Counted from the first letter of the stretch, positions 24,980 through 34,544 are shown. The stretch is 64,000 nt of DNA from Eubacteriales bacterium (GCA_045649925.1 JAZRQS010000004.1:9138-73137), one strand, 5' to 3'. Numbers and translations are program-made. Notes: a model not told the origin generated them from the letters alone.

Positions 24980-26425
24980 TCAGAACTTTGCGATAGCGGT
25001 CTTGATTCTCTTTATACTCTCGTCTTTTCCTACTACCTCCATTATTTCGGTAGCGCCACCGGGTGTTACAGCCATACCGGAAACGGCAATGCGCAGGCAC
25101 CACATAAGCGTTCCATTCTTGATGGCGAGCTGCTCGCACAAAGCAAGAAGGGAGGTGTAGAGAGAGTCGTTTGTCCATTCCTCGACGCCCTCAAGCACAG
25201 GGAGTGCTGATTTGAGTATTTCGGGCGCGTTTTCGAGGGTGACCTTGTTTTTCTTGTTTACAAACAGCTCGCTATCGTATTCGGGGAGCTGAATGAAGAA
25301 CTGTATCTTTTCTTCTATGCTGCTGAGCTTGTCAAGTCTGCTTGAGAGCAGAGTAAGCATTTTTGCCTTGTTGATATGGTTAGGCAATTCTGATTTTATA
25401 AAGGGAGCTACCGCTTTTTCAAAATCAGCAAATTCCATCTTGCGAATATACTCGCCGTTAAACCAAAGAAGCTTGTCAAAGTCAAAGACGGAGGGGGACT
25501 TGCTTACTCCATCAATGGAAAACTCACGTTTAAGCTCGTCGAGTGTGAAGAATTCGCTTTCAGAGTTCTTCGGGCACCAACCGAGGAGCGCGATGTAGTT
25601 GACTATAGCCTCGGGCAAATATCCGTCAGCGACGAGGTCCTGGAAGCTGACAGCGCCATGACGCTTTGAAAGCTTCGATATGCTGCCATCCTCGTTTCTT
25701 CCCATAAGCAGAGGCAGATGCACGTATGTGGGGCGTTCCCATCCAAATGCATCGTAGAGAAGCACGTACTTAGGCGTGGAGGTGAGATACTCGCTTCCTC
25801 TTACAACGTGTGTCACACACATAAGATAGTCGTCTACGACGTGAGCAAAGTTGTAGGTGGGGTATCCGTCTGCCTTCATAAGTATCTGGTCCTGAAGCTC
25901 AGAGTTATCTGTAGAGATTTCGCCAAACACCTCGTCAATATATGATGTTCTGCCCTCTGTAGGCATCTTCTGTCTTATTACGAAGGGAATGCCGTCTGCG
26001 AGATTTTTTGCGATTTCCTCTGCAGAGAGGTCACGACAATGACGGTCGTAGCCGCCTGTTGCATCCTCCTCGTGCAGCTGCGCGAGACGCTCCTTTGAGC
26101 AGAAGCAGTAGTATGCATAGCCCTTTTCCACGAGCATATCCGCATACTTCTTGTATATTTCTTTTCTGTCACTTTGGATGTACGGGCCGTGGTCTCCGCC
26201 CTTTATAGGACCCTCGTCATAATCAAGGCCTGTTACTGCGAGAGTGTCGATAATAACGTCAGTTGCGCCCTCGACAAGTCTTTCTCTGTCTGTATCTTCG
26301 ATACGGAGTATAAAATTTCCGTCATCGTGCTTTGCGATAAGATAAGCGTAAAGAGCAGTACGGAGATTTCCTATGTGCATATAACCCGTAGGGCTGGGTG
26401 CGAAACGTGTAACTGTTTTTTTCAT
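24980..26425 (-). CDS. gltX: glutamate--tRNA ligase
   Basis: 481 aa with RFAPSPTGYMHIGNLRTAL (HIGH) and KLSKRHG (KMSKS). Confidence 0.95.
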   Translation of the reverse strand: MKKTVTRFAPSPTGYMHIGNLRTALYAYLIAKHDDGNFILRIEDTDRERLVEGATDVIIDTLAVTGLDYDEGPIKGGDHGPYIQSDRKEIYKKYADMLVEKGYAYYCFCSKERLAQLHEEDATGGYDRHCRDLSAEEIAKNLADGIPFVIRQKMPTEGRTSYIDEVFGEISTDNSELQDQILMKADGYPTYNFAHVVDDYLMCVTHVVRGSEYLTSTPKYVLLYDAFGWERPTYVHLPLLMGRNEDGSISKLSKRHGAVSFQDLVADGYLPEAIVNYIALLGWCPKNSESEFFTLDELKREFSIDGVSKSPSVFDFDKLLWFNGEYIRKMEFADFEKAVAPFIKSELPNHINKAKMLTLLSSRLDKLSSIEEKIQFFIQLPEYDSELFVNKKNKVTLENAPEILKSALPVLEGVEEWTNDSLYTSLLALCEQLAIKNGTLMWCLRIAVSGMAVTPGGATEIMEVVGKDESIKRIKTAIAKF

Positions 26426-26494
26426 CTTTTATTTTCCCTTCGTGCGAAAGATTGTTTTTTCAAAAATAATTATCACAAAGTCAACATTTTTGGT

Positions 26495-26523
26495 TTGACT
26501 TGTTGGATTTTTTATTGTATAAT
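26495..26523 (+). promoter_or_regulatory. sigma-A-type promoter of the histidine kinase gene
   Basis: TTGACT (26495-26500), 17 nt, TATAAT (26518-26523). Confidence 0.55.
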
Positions 26524-26605
26524 AATTATATAGTACGATAGATTACAACAAACTTACAATACAGTATACCACAGTATTTGTATTTTTTCAAGTGGGAGAT
26601 AAAAA

Positions 26606-28057
26606 ATGTTTAAGAGTATTTTCGTCAAGCTACTCACCTCCTTTGGCCTTATAGTGCTGATGAGCTTCCTTTTGCTTGTGTCCATCATTACTTCGGTCGT
26701 GAACAGCTACTCCTTGAGCCAGAATGCCGAAAGCGTCAAATGGACGGCGAGTACAGTAGAGGCTGTCGTCGAGGAGGGAATAGAAATAACAGGCGACGGT
26801 GCACTCGAAAAGTTTATTTTGCGTCACGGGCAGAGTATGGAAAAAGTCAGCTCCGCCATATTTCTTCGCAACACAAAAATAACCGTTTTTATCACAGATA
26901 CAGAGGGAAACGTCCTTAAGCAGATAAATCAGGAAAACGTAGGAGTCGCCCCTGCTAAGATAAGCGGGGAGATAATTTTCACAGCGCTGGGCGATGGTGA
27001 GTATTCAGGCGTCACAACCCTGCACAACACTCAAAAAACCACGTATGTGCTATATGGAAGTGTAATCGAGGGGCCTCACGGAGAGGCACTTGGAGTCTCG
27101 TTCGCTTGTATGGAATCCAGCGCAAACAACGCCCTGATGAACTTGCTTTCACAGACTGTGCTGATGTCGAGCTTGTGGGTAGCACTTGCCGCCCTGATAG
27201 CCGTTTATTTTATCAGCGAGCGTATGACCAGCCCTCTGAAAAATATGTGTAATGTATCGAAAAAGTTTGCAAAGGGTAGATTTGAGGAGCGTGTTGCAGT
27301 CACAGGGCGTGACGAGATAGCAGAGCTTTCAATAGCCTTTAACAATATGGCGGACTCCCTTGAGCATCTCGAAAACACGAGAAACACGTTTATTGCAAAC
27401 GTCTCCCACGACCTGCGCACCCCTATGACTACTATACTCGGCTTCATAGAGGGCATAAACAGTGGCGCTATACCTGAAGAAAAGCACGAGTATTACCTCA
27501 ATGTTATTTCGAGCGAAATAAAGAGACTTTCAAGGCTTGTCACCGAGCTGCTTGATATTTCAAGGCTTGAGGCAGGCACGAGAAAGTTCACTCCTGCAAG
27601 ATTTGATATATGCGAGATGGCTCGCCTTATACTAATTTCCTTTGAGCAGAGGATAGAGGAAAAGCGTCTTGAGGTCGGCTTTGAGTGTACAGACGATAAT
27701 ATGTTCGTATATGCAGACAAGGATGCAGTTCATCAGGCACTTTACAACCTTTGTGACAACGCCATCAAGTTTTCGAGTGAGGGCGGCAGGTTTGTCATTT
27801 CCATAGCTCGCAAGGAGCATAAAAAGATATTTGTTTCCGTCTATAATGAAGGCACGGGAATTCCTGAAAAGGATCTGCCGTATCTTTTCGATCGTTTCTA
27901 CAAGACCGACGAGAGCAGAGGAATGGATAAGAGTGGAGTCGGCTTGGGACTCTATATAACAAAGACAGTAATCGACTCGCTAGACGAGGAGATTTTCGTA
28001 AAGAGCGAGGCGGGTAAATACTGTGAGTTTGTATTTACTCTTACCGAAAAAGCGTAA
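26606..28057 (+). CDS. sensor histidine kinase (2 TM + extracytoplasmic domain, HAMP, HisKA, HATPase_c); no adjacent response regulator
   Basis: 483 aa with H-box SHDLRTPMT, N-box CDNAIKFS and G-box GVGLGLYI. Confidence 0.85.
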   Translation: MFKSIFVKLLTSFGLIVLMSFLLLVSIITSVVNSYSLSQNAESVKWTASTVEAVVEEGIEITGDGALEKFILRHGQSMEKVSSAIFLRNTKITVFITDTEGNVLKQINQENVGVAPAKISGEIIFTALGDGEYSGVTTLHNTQKTTYVLYGSVIEGPHGEALGVSFACMESSANNALMNLLSQTVLMSSLWVALAALIAVYFISERMTSPLKNMCNVSKKFAKGRFEERVAVTGRDEIAELSIAFNNMADSLEHLENTRNTFIANVSHDLRTPMTTILGFIEGINSGAIPEEKHEYYLNVISSEIKRLSRLVTELLDISRLEAGTRKFTPARFDICEMARLILISFEQRIEEKRLEVGFECTDDNMFVYADKDAVHQALYNLCDNAIKFSSEGGRFVISIARKEHKKIFVSVYNEGTGIPEKDLPYLFDRFYKTDESRGMDKSGVGLGLYITKTVIDSLDEEIFVKSEAGKYCEFVFTLTEKA

Positions 28058-28079
28058 CTTTAACACAGGGGGAGAGCGT

Positions 28080-29327
28080 ATGGATAGAACAATATTGCAT
28101 TGCGACTGCAACAGCTTTTTTGCATCTGTCGAGTGTATGCTCAACCCCCAAATAAAAGATTTTCCCGTCGCTGTTTGTGGAAGCGAGGAAAACAGACACG
28201 GCATAGTTTTGGCAAAAAACGAAAAGGCAAAATCCTACGGAATAAAGACGGCAGAGACCGTCTGGAGTGCAAAGAAAAAATGCCCTTCGCTTGTTGTAGT
28301 CGAGCCTCACTATGATGAATATGTGAGGATATCCCGACAAATAAACGAAATATATCGTCGCTACACCGACCTTGTCGAGCAGTTCGGCATTGACGAGGCG
28401 TGGCTCGACGTCACAGGTAGCAGAAAGCTCTTTGGAGACGGCGAGGAGATAGCGCAAAGGTTGAGAAACGAGATAAAAAATGAGATAGGAATAACTGTTT
28501 CTATAGGAGTTTCATTCAACAAGGTGTTTGCGAAGATAGGAAGTGACTATAAAAAGCCCGACGCCGTCACTGTTATTTCAAAGGAAAACTTTCAGAGCAT
28601 AGTGTATCCGTTGCCTGTAGACAGCCTGCTGTACGTTGGCGGAAAAACCTACGAGGCCTTGCAGACGTATGATATAAGGACAGTAGGCCAGCTTGCAGAA
28701 ACCGACCCGAAATTTCTTGAATACAAGTTTGGCAAGCACGGCGAGATGCTCGCACGATATGCTCGCGGCGAGGACGACTCTCCTGTTGCGTCGGTTTACG
28801 ACAAGCACGATCCAAAGAGCATCAGCAATGGAATGACCTTCAAAAAGGATATTTCCTCTGATGATGAAATACATCTCGGACTGCGCTTTTTATGTGATGA
28901 AATCGGACAAAGGCTGCGCAAAAATGGCAAAAGATGTAATGGCGTGTGTGTCACCATCAAGGACACGTATCTGGCAAATATCTCTCGCCAGAAGCAAATT
29001 TATCCTCCCACCGATGTTTCCTCAGAGCTTGCAGAGGTGGCGTTCAGGATAGTAAAGGGGCAATGGCTCACAGGCAAGCCTATCCGTATGCTGACCGTCG
29101 CCGCTATCAATCTGATGGACTCCGATGAGGCGAGCGCCCAGATGGATTTCTTTGAAGAGGAGGAGCTGAAAAAGCACCAAAAGGCGTCCTCGCTCGAAAC
29201 CACGCTTGACAAGATAAAGGACAAGTTTGGAAATTCCTCGATTTCTCGGGCAAGCGTTATAAAAAACGATATAGGAATTACACCTCCTGCGAAAGAAAAA
29301 CAGGAGGGCGAAAACGGCGAGTCGTGA
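28080..29327 (+). CDS. dinB: DNA polymerase IV
   Basis: Start moved to the ATG at 28080 (GGGGGAG SD). MDRTILHCDCNSFFASVE, SIDEAWLDV and the Y-family little-finger region. Confidence 0.9.
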   Translation: MDRTILHCDCNSFFASVECMLNPQIKDFPVAVCGSEENRHGIVLAKNEKAKSYGIKTAETVWSAKKKCPSLVVVEPHYDEYVRISRQINEIYRRYTDLVEQFGIDEAWLDVTGSRKLFGDGEEIAQRLRNEIKNEIGITVSIGVSFNKVFAKIGSDYKKPDAVTVISKENFQSIVYPLPVDSLLYVGGKTYEALQTYDIRTVGQLAETDPKFLEYKFGKHGEMLARYARGEDDSPVASVYDKHDPKSISNGMTFKKDISSDDEIHLGLRFLCDEIGQRLRKNGKRCNGVCVTIKDTYLANISRQKQIYPPTDVSSELAEVAFRIVKGQWLTGKPIRMLTVAAINLMDSDEASAQMDFFEEEELKKHQKASSLETTLDKIKDKFGNSSISRASVIKNDIGITPPAKEKQEGENGES

Positions 29328-29347
29328 CAAGTGCTCTGCCAAATAGA

Positions 29348-29393
29348 AAAGCTTCCGTTTGTGCGTTTCTGCACCTACGGAAGCTTTATTTTT
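29348..29393. terminator. bidirectional terminator between dinB and the ABC ATPase gene
   Basis: AAAGCTTCCGT (29348-58) pairs with ACGGAAGCTTT (29377-87), with an inner GTGC/GCAC pairing. T-rich on both flanks. Confidence 0.7.
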
Positions 29394-29407
29394 GTGTTTT
29401 TTTGAGA

Positions 29408-30010
29408 TTATGAAATTTTCGGGAACTCGATTACGTTGTCGGAAAATTTCTTCAGGTCATCGCTTTGATGAGTTACGATAATCACGAGCTTTTTTTGTGA
29501 GAGCTTGAGGAAAACGTCGTATAGCTTTTCTCTCAATGCGGCGTCAAGCTCCTTTGTAGGCTCGTCGAGCAATATAACAGGCTTGTCTGCAGCGATTGCT
29601 CGCGCAAGAGAAACTCTTTGCTTCATTCCGCCCGAAAGCTCGTGTGGAAGCTTTTCAAAATCTTCAGGCTCAAAGCCTACCGATAAGAGTGCATCCATGG
29701 ACGCCTTTGTGCGCTCTCCGTCTGTGCCTGATGTGACAGTATATACGTTCTTGAATGCCGAGATTGCAGGGAAGAGCCTATGCTCCTGAAATGACACAGA
29801 GCATTTGCCTATTCCTGCGCCCGACACATCGCCCACATAGTCGGTGTCAAGGCCTGCGATAATTCGCAAAAGTGTGGTTTTTCCGCACCCGCTTGGACCT
29901 GTTATTACGTAAAGTCCCTTTTCTCCAAAGGAAATATTGAGGTCGGAAAAAATAGTTTCGTTTCCGAATTTTTTCGTTACGTTTTCAAGAGCTACAGCGT
30001 TAGTTTGCAT
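29408..30010 (-). CDS. ABC transporter ATP-binding protein (short, 200 aa)
   Basis: Walker A GPSGCGKTT, signature LSGGMKQRV, Walker B ILLDEP. Confidence 0.85.
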   Translation of the reverse strand: MQTNAVALENVTKKFGNETIFSDLNISFGEKGLYVITGPSGCGKTTLLRIIAGLDTDYVGDVSGAGIGKCSVSFQEHRLFPAISAFKNVYTVTSGTDGERTKASMDALLSVGFEPEDFEKLPHELSGGMKQRVSLARAIAADKPVILLDEPTKELDAALREKLYDVFLKLSQKKLVIIVTHQSDDLKKFSDNVIEFPKIS

Positions 30011-30803
30011 TTCTGTACCCCCTTGGAAGAAGATTTATCAGTTGCTTGATCACATATTCGAATATCATGCTTATGATTATTACAGTTATTGTCCAAGCGA
30101 AAAGCTCAGGCATTTCAAGCAGGGATTTTGCCCTGTATATCTCGTGACCTATAGAGGTAGAGGTATAGGCAAGCACCTCTGCGGCAATGCCGGCCTTCCA
30201 TGCAAGACCAAGCGCAGATGTAAGCGCCGATGCAAAAAACGGAATGACCGATGGAAAATACAGTATGCGCAGTCTTGTCGAAAACGGCAATTCAAAAACC
30301 TTGGCCGCTTCTCGTAGCTGTATGTCGATGCTCTTGAATCCTGCAAGAAGATTTGAGTGCACTACAGGCGCTACAATGATTGCAGAAACAAATACAGGTA
30401 GCACCTCGCCTCCTGTAAAGCTCCATACAAGGATAATAAAAGAGGCGACGGGTGTAGCCCTCGTTACTGCAATGAGAGGCGTGAATAACATATCCAACTG
30501 CTCTGATATAGCGGCAAGCGAGGAGGTCAGTATTCCTGCGAGCAAGCCAAAGAGAAGCCCTTGAAGTATTCTCCACAGCGAAGTTGCAGTGATGCGATAG
30601 AATTCGGGTGTGCCTGCCAGCACGAAGAGGGTTTTTGCCACTCGCAAGGGGGAGGGAAGCAGTAGAACATTATTAAGGGCAAGAGAGACAAAATGCCACA
30701 ATACTATCCAAAATGTCACTGACAAGAGTAGCATAATTGCTTTCGCTCCTGCGCTACGCTCCTTATTGGATGTAATAGAAGTCTTCATTAGGTATTGCAC
30801 CAC
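30000..30803 (-). CDS. ABC transporter permease (NitT/TauT-like)
   Basis: 267 aa with about 6 TM segments in a binding-protein-dependent permease layout. It overlaps both neighbouring genes. Confidence 0.75.
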   Translation of the reverse strand: MVQYLMKTSITSNKERSAGAKAIMLLLSVTFWIVLWHFVSLALNNVLLLPSPLRVAKTLFVLAGTPEFYRITATSLWRILQGLLFGLLAGILTSSLAAISEQLDMLFTPLIAVTRATPVASFIILVWSFTGGEVLPVFVSAIIVAPVVHSNLLAGFKSIDIQLREAAKVFELPFSTRLRILYFPSVIPFFASALTSALGLAWKAGIAAEVLAYTSTSIGHEIYRAKSLLEMPELFAWTITVIIISMIFEYVIKQLINLLPRGYRNAN

Positions 30804-31773
30804 CTATAGCAGTTTTATCCATTTCGTAAAGGATATTCAAAAATGCGCTGAGTGTGTCCTTCATTTCCTCACCGTCAATATAAACGATGTTGCACTTGGG
30901 AAGCGCCGATTTTGCGATAGGCGCCTTGGGGATTATTCCCGCACTCGCTATCGTGTTTGCCGCTTCGTCGAGGTTTTGCTCGTCTGTTATATAGTTAATA
31001 GATGCCTCGTAGTCGGCAAGGAAAGCGTCCACCGCAGAAGGATATTTTTCGAGGATTTCCTTTTGCACTACTATGCAGCCCTGTGTGACAGAGTTGTCCT
31101 CAAGCTTGTCCCACTCGGCTGTCAGGTCAATTGCTACCTTGAGATCTGTGTTTCCGTTTTGCTTTGCCTGATTGAGTGCTACAGTCACTTTAGGCTCGGG
31201 GAGGAGAGCAATTTTGACAAGGTGCTCGCCGTCCTCGTTTTTTGTCGCAAGCATTGATGCAAGTGTGTCCATGTCGGTATATTCGGTGGAAATAGTGACA
31301 TCTTCTATGCCTGCCTTGTTCAGTATATTCTTGAGAATGTATTCGGGTGTCTGGCCTGGAGTTGCCACGTGTATCGTCTTGCCTGCAAGGTCGGAAAGGG
31401 AGTTTATCTCGCCTGTGTTGTCGAGCAGGTAAAGCACGCCAAGCGTGTTGAGCGCAATTACCTTTACACCGCCTGACGATTTGTTGTAAAGTGTCGCCGC
31501 CGCATTTGTGGGCATAGCCGCGATGTCGATGTTCTTGCTTATCATGTCAGACATGATAGCAGAGGGATCGCTGTATATTTTTATTTCTTCATATGCAGGT
31601 GATGCATTTGTCTTGTTGTCCTCTATCAGCTTTGCCGCGCCCATTCCGGTGGTGCCTGAAAGCACACCTATTTTAAGGGCTTTTTCAGGCGGCTCGTTTG
31701 TTGCCTGAGAGCAAGCGACGAGCGAGAATAGCATAATGAGTGAGAGTAAGAGTGAAATAAGCTTTTTAGTCAT
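30763..31773 (-). CDS. ABC transporter substrate-binding lipoprotein (NMT1/THI5-like fold), ligand unknown
   Basis: 336 aa. Signal peptide with lipobox LFSLVAC-S. Overall it resembles NitT/TauT-type binding proteins. Confidence 0.75.
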   Translation of the reverse strand: MTKKLISLLLSLIMLFSLVACSQATNEPPEKALKIGVLSGTTGMGAAKLIEDNKTNASPAYEEIKIYSDPSAIMSDMISKNIDIAAMPTNAAATLYNKSSGGVKVIALNTLGVLYLLDNTGEINSLSDLAGKTIHVATPGQTPEYILKNILNKAGIEDVTISTEYTDMDTLASMLATKNEDGEHLVKIALLPEPKVTVALNQAKQNGNTDLKVAIDLTAEWDKLEDNSVTQGCIVVQKEILEKYPSAVDAFLADYEASINYITDEQNLDEAANTIASAGIIPKAPIAKSALPKCNIVYIDGEEMKDTLSAFLNILYEMDKTAIGGAIPNEDFYYIQ

Positions 31774-32494
31774 TGTTGTGCTCCTTTTGATTTAATATAT
31801 TTTTTAATATTTTTTCATCCTTGATTATTATTTCCGAGCGATTTCGCTCGATAGCTCCGCTTTCCTCAAGTTTTACAAGTATGCGGTAAAGCGAAGCTCG
31901 TCCTATGCCGAGAGAGGAGGATATTTGCGTCATATTGAGAGATGATGACATCCTGCTTTCCTTGCAGTTCTGCAAGAGGAATTTTGCCGTTTTTTGCTCT
32001 GCGCTTGTAGCGGCAAAGGAGTCGATTTTGTCATTCAAAAACCTGATTTTGTCGGAGAGAAAGTGTATATAATTGATAGCTATCTGCGGGAACTTGGTAA
32101 TAAGCTCACTCATTTTGTCCTGTGTAATAAACATTATAGTGCAGTCTGTCTTTGCATATATTGACGTGGGGAAGCGCGGCGACAAATCGAAAAGAGAAGA
32201 TGCTCCAAACGAGCCTCCCTCGCACAGCTGGGATAAAAGTGTCTTCCTCTCACCGGAGAATTTATATACCGAAATTTTCCCTTCAAGTATAAAAGCAATT
32301 GCACGAAGAAAGAACTCGCCGTCAAATATTTTCTCGCCTGCCTTGTAGTGTGTGAGCGTGTAGTCAGAACAGACAAGGGCTTTTTTTATCTCACCCTCAC
32401 TCATTTTTTTGAAAATAAACGGCGTCGCCTTTGTATTGTCGCCGAATGTGAGTGAAAGGGCTTGCTTTTCATTTTTTGTCTTGCTTCGTTCCAT
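31766..32494 (-). CDS. Crp/Fnr-family transcriptional regulator (cNMP-binding-like domain + C-terminal HTH)
   Basis: Start moved to the ATG at 32494 (GAGG SD), because the track TTG start at 32527 lies inside the -10 box. The C-terminal HTH reads MTQISSSLGIGRASLYRIL. Confidence 0.8.
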   Translation of the reverse strand: MERSKTKNEKQALSLTFGDNTKATPFIFKKMSEGEIKKALVCSDYTLTHYKAGEKIFDGEFFLRAIAFILEGKISVYKFSGERKTLLSQLCEGGSFGASSLFDLSPRFPTSIYAKTDCTIMFITQDKMSELITKFPQIAINYIHFLSDKIRFLNDKIDSFAATSAEQKTAKFLLQNCKESRMSSSLNMTQISSSLGIGRASLYRILVKLEESGAIERNRSEIIIKDEKILKNILNQKEHNND

Positions 32495-32526
32495 TAAAAC
32501 CTCGCAAAAGTGTCTTATTTGAGACA

Positions 32527-32555
32527 ATTATATCACAGAAAAAAGACAAAGTCAA
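32527..32555 (-). promoter_or_regulatory. sigma-A-type promoter of the crp-ABC operon
   Basis: Minus strand reads TTGACT (32555-32550), 17 nt, TATAAT (32532-32527). Confidence 0.6.
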
Positions 32556-32647
32556 GTCGAATTTTTTCAAAAATACGCATTTGGTTTTTCTTGTGCAAAA
32601 ACGATAAAAAATATGATAAAAAATGATAATAAAAGTAGTCAAAACCC

Positions 32648-32676
32648 TTGAAATATATAAATATATATGTTATAAT
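32648..32676 (+). promoter_or_regulatory. sigma-A-type promoter of cdaA-cdaR
   Basis: TTGAAA (32648-53), a 17-nt spacer ending in TGt (extended -10), then TATAAT (32671-76). It leaves a roughly 105-nt 5' UTR. Confidence 0.55.
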
Positions 32677-32789
32677 GTATGTAATTAGTTTTTTTGATGC
32701 GTTTTGTGAGTACATTTCGTGCTTTTACAAGATGCTTTTTCACTCAAAAATAATATGAAACAATCATAATTTTGATACATGAGGTGTGT

Positions 32790-33683
32790 ATGACATCACT
32801 TAACATAATCGCAGGCGGCGCCAACTGGGTGCGCACTCTGTTTTCGTTTATAAGAGTTCAGTTTATGAACATCTCCGTTGCAGATGTTCTCGATATAATT
32901 TTGCTCGCGACCTTGCTTTATATTGCAATTCGCTTTATGAAAAACCGACATGCAGGCAAGCTTTTGCTCGGTGTTGGCGTCTGGGTCGCTATGGCGGCAT
33001 TAAGTAACTTCGTTGGTCTTTACGCCGTCGGATACATACTCAGCTACCTTCTCCGCTCGGGCATTATCGCTTTGGTCGTCATCTTTCAGCCTGAAATACG
33101 CGATGCGCTTGAGAGAATGGGTGGAGAATCGCTCCGTGGGATTAAAAATCTTTCCAGTGGCAAGGGCAAGGATATCGAAGAGGGCATCAGCGTCATTTGT
33201 GAGGCTGTCATGGATATGGCTCGCACAAAGACAGGCGCTTTGATCGTTATTGAGAGGAATTCCAAGATAGGTGACACCATCAGATCAGGCGTACAGCTTG
33301 ATGCTAGAATTTCGCCCTACCTTTTGAGAAATATCTTTTTTGACAAATCTCCCTTGCACGATGGTGCAGTGGTTATACAGGGAATGAGAATTGCATATGC
33401 AGGTTGCCTTCTTCCCTTGACGAGAAGAATAGACCTTGACCTTGACCTCGGCACACGACATCGCGCGGCGATAGGAATGAGCGAGGCGAGTGACGCAGTC
33501 GTCATCGTCATTTCCGAGGAGACGGGAACTGTATCTCTTGCTTGCAACGGCGAGTTCACAAGAGATTATACAAACCAGACGCTCAGCGCAAAGCTTACAC
33601 ACCTGCTTACAAATGTTTCGTCAGAGGACGACGGAAAGCGCCGTATTGATGTGTCGGGCTTGTTTGGCATCGACAAGAAGTAA
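32790..33683 (+). CDS. cdaA: diadenylate cyclase CdaA
   Basis: Start at the ATG at 32790 (GAGGTG SD). It has three N-terminal TM segments and a DAC domain with TGALIVIER, PLHDGAVVI and GTRHRAA motifs. Confidence 0.9.
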   Translation: MTSLNIIAGGANWVRTLFSFIRVQFMNISVADVLDIILLATLLYIAIRFMKNRHAGKLLLGVGVWVAMAALSNFVGLYAVGYILSYLLRSGIIALVVIFQPEIRDALERMGGESLRGIKNLSSGKGKDIEEGISVICEAVMDMARTKTGALIVIERNSKIGDTIRSGVQLDARISPYLLRNIFFDKSPLHDGAVVIQGMRIAYAGCLLPLTRRIDLDLDLGTRHRAAIGMSEASDAVVIVISEETGTVSLACNGEFTRDYTNQTLSAKLTHLLTNVSSEDDGKRRIDVSGLFGIDKK

Positions 33684-33706
33684 GCGATATTAACGAGGAT
33701 AAACTA

Positions 33707-34444
33707 ATGCTTGAAAATATAAAGAAATTGTTTTTGTCTGTAGGTAAAGGACTGAAGAACAAGAAGAGCTTTGAACGTGTATGGCCTTTTCTTCTTTGTC
33801 TTCTTCTTTCACTTGTCGTATGGTTTTACGTTATGTACATTCAGGCTCCCGAGTACGAATATACATACGAAAGCGTTCCGGTTACTGTAAAGAATATCCC
33901 CCCGATATTTTCAGACTACAAGGTGCAGGCGTATGAGACGGAGATTACCGTTAACCTGCGTGGCACGAATATGAATATTGCGAAGTGCTCCGAGGGGGAC
34001 ATCAGGGCGGTCCTTGACCTTTCCTCTATAGCGACTGCAGGACTTACAAATGTTCCCGTAACATATGAATTCCCGTCAGGCGTGACACTCACTCCCGTCG
34101 ATAATATTTCCGTCTGGGTAAACATTTCAGCACCTCAGTCAAGATACTTTAAGGGAATTCCCGTCGTGGTTGAAAAAGACGGACAGAGAGGCATTACCGA
34201 GTTGGGTGACTACGTCTTGAGCGCAGTGCCCGAGACTGTTGAGGCGTATATCACGTCCTCTGACGACCGATTTGCTTCTCTTGATTCAGGTAGCATAATC
34301 GCAGTAGCCGATATTTCCGACATTGTTATTTCTGCTCCAGGAACTTACTCGTCTATTCGACTTGAATTCATCAGCGATACAGGAGTGGTTCTCAACGACC
34401 CTAACATCTATATCGAGATAATAGCAGAGAAGAAGGACAACTGA
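33707..34444 (+). CDS. cdaR: CdaR-like YbbR-domain protein (CdaA regulator)
   Basis: 245 aa with an N-terminal TM followed by YbbR-like repeats (VPVTVKNIP... / IPVVVEKDG...). It sits immediately after cdaA. Confidence 0.75.
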   Translation: MLENIKKLFLSVGKGLKNKKSFERVWPFLLCLLLSLVVWFYVMYIQAPEYEYTYESVPVTVKNIPPIFSDYKVQAYETEITVNLRGTNMNIAKCSEGDIRAVLDLSSIATAGLTNVPVTYEFPSGVTLTPVDNISVWVNISAPQSRYFKGIPVVVEKDGQRGITELGDYVLSAVPETVEAYITSSDDRFASLDSGSIIAVADISDIVISAPGTYSSIRLEFISDTGVVLNDPNIYIEIIAEKKDN

Positions 34445-34544
34445 TTTTGCCGCATAAAACAGGCACATAATATCTGTTAGCAGCCCGGCAAGGCATAGCC
34501 TTGTCCGGACTTGCTATTTTTATACATGTTTTAAAGGAGGCACT

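Noticed and set aside
26426-26605. I looked for a T-box or other leader upstream of gltX (minus strand).
   Set aside because: The region is only about 180 nt. It is occupied by the plus-strand HK promoter, and it contains no AGAGA/GGUGGUA-type T-box elements or terminator hairpin.
32533-32715. 60-aa minus-strand ORF in the AT-rich crp/cdaA divergent region.
   Set aside because: It lies across two opposing consensus promoters, has no SD, and has a low-complexity I/F/Y/K sequence typical of AT-rich non-coding DNA.
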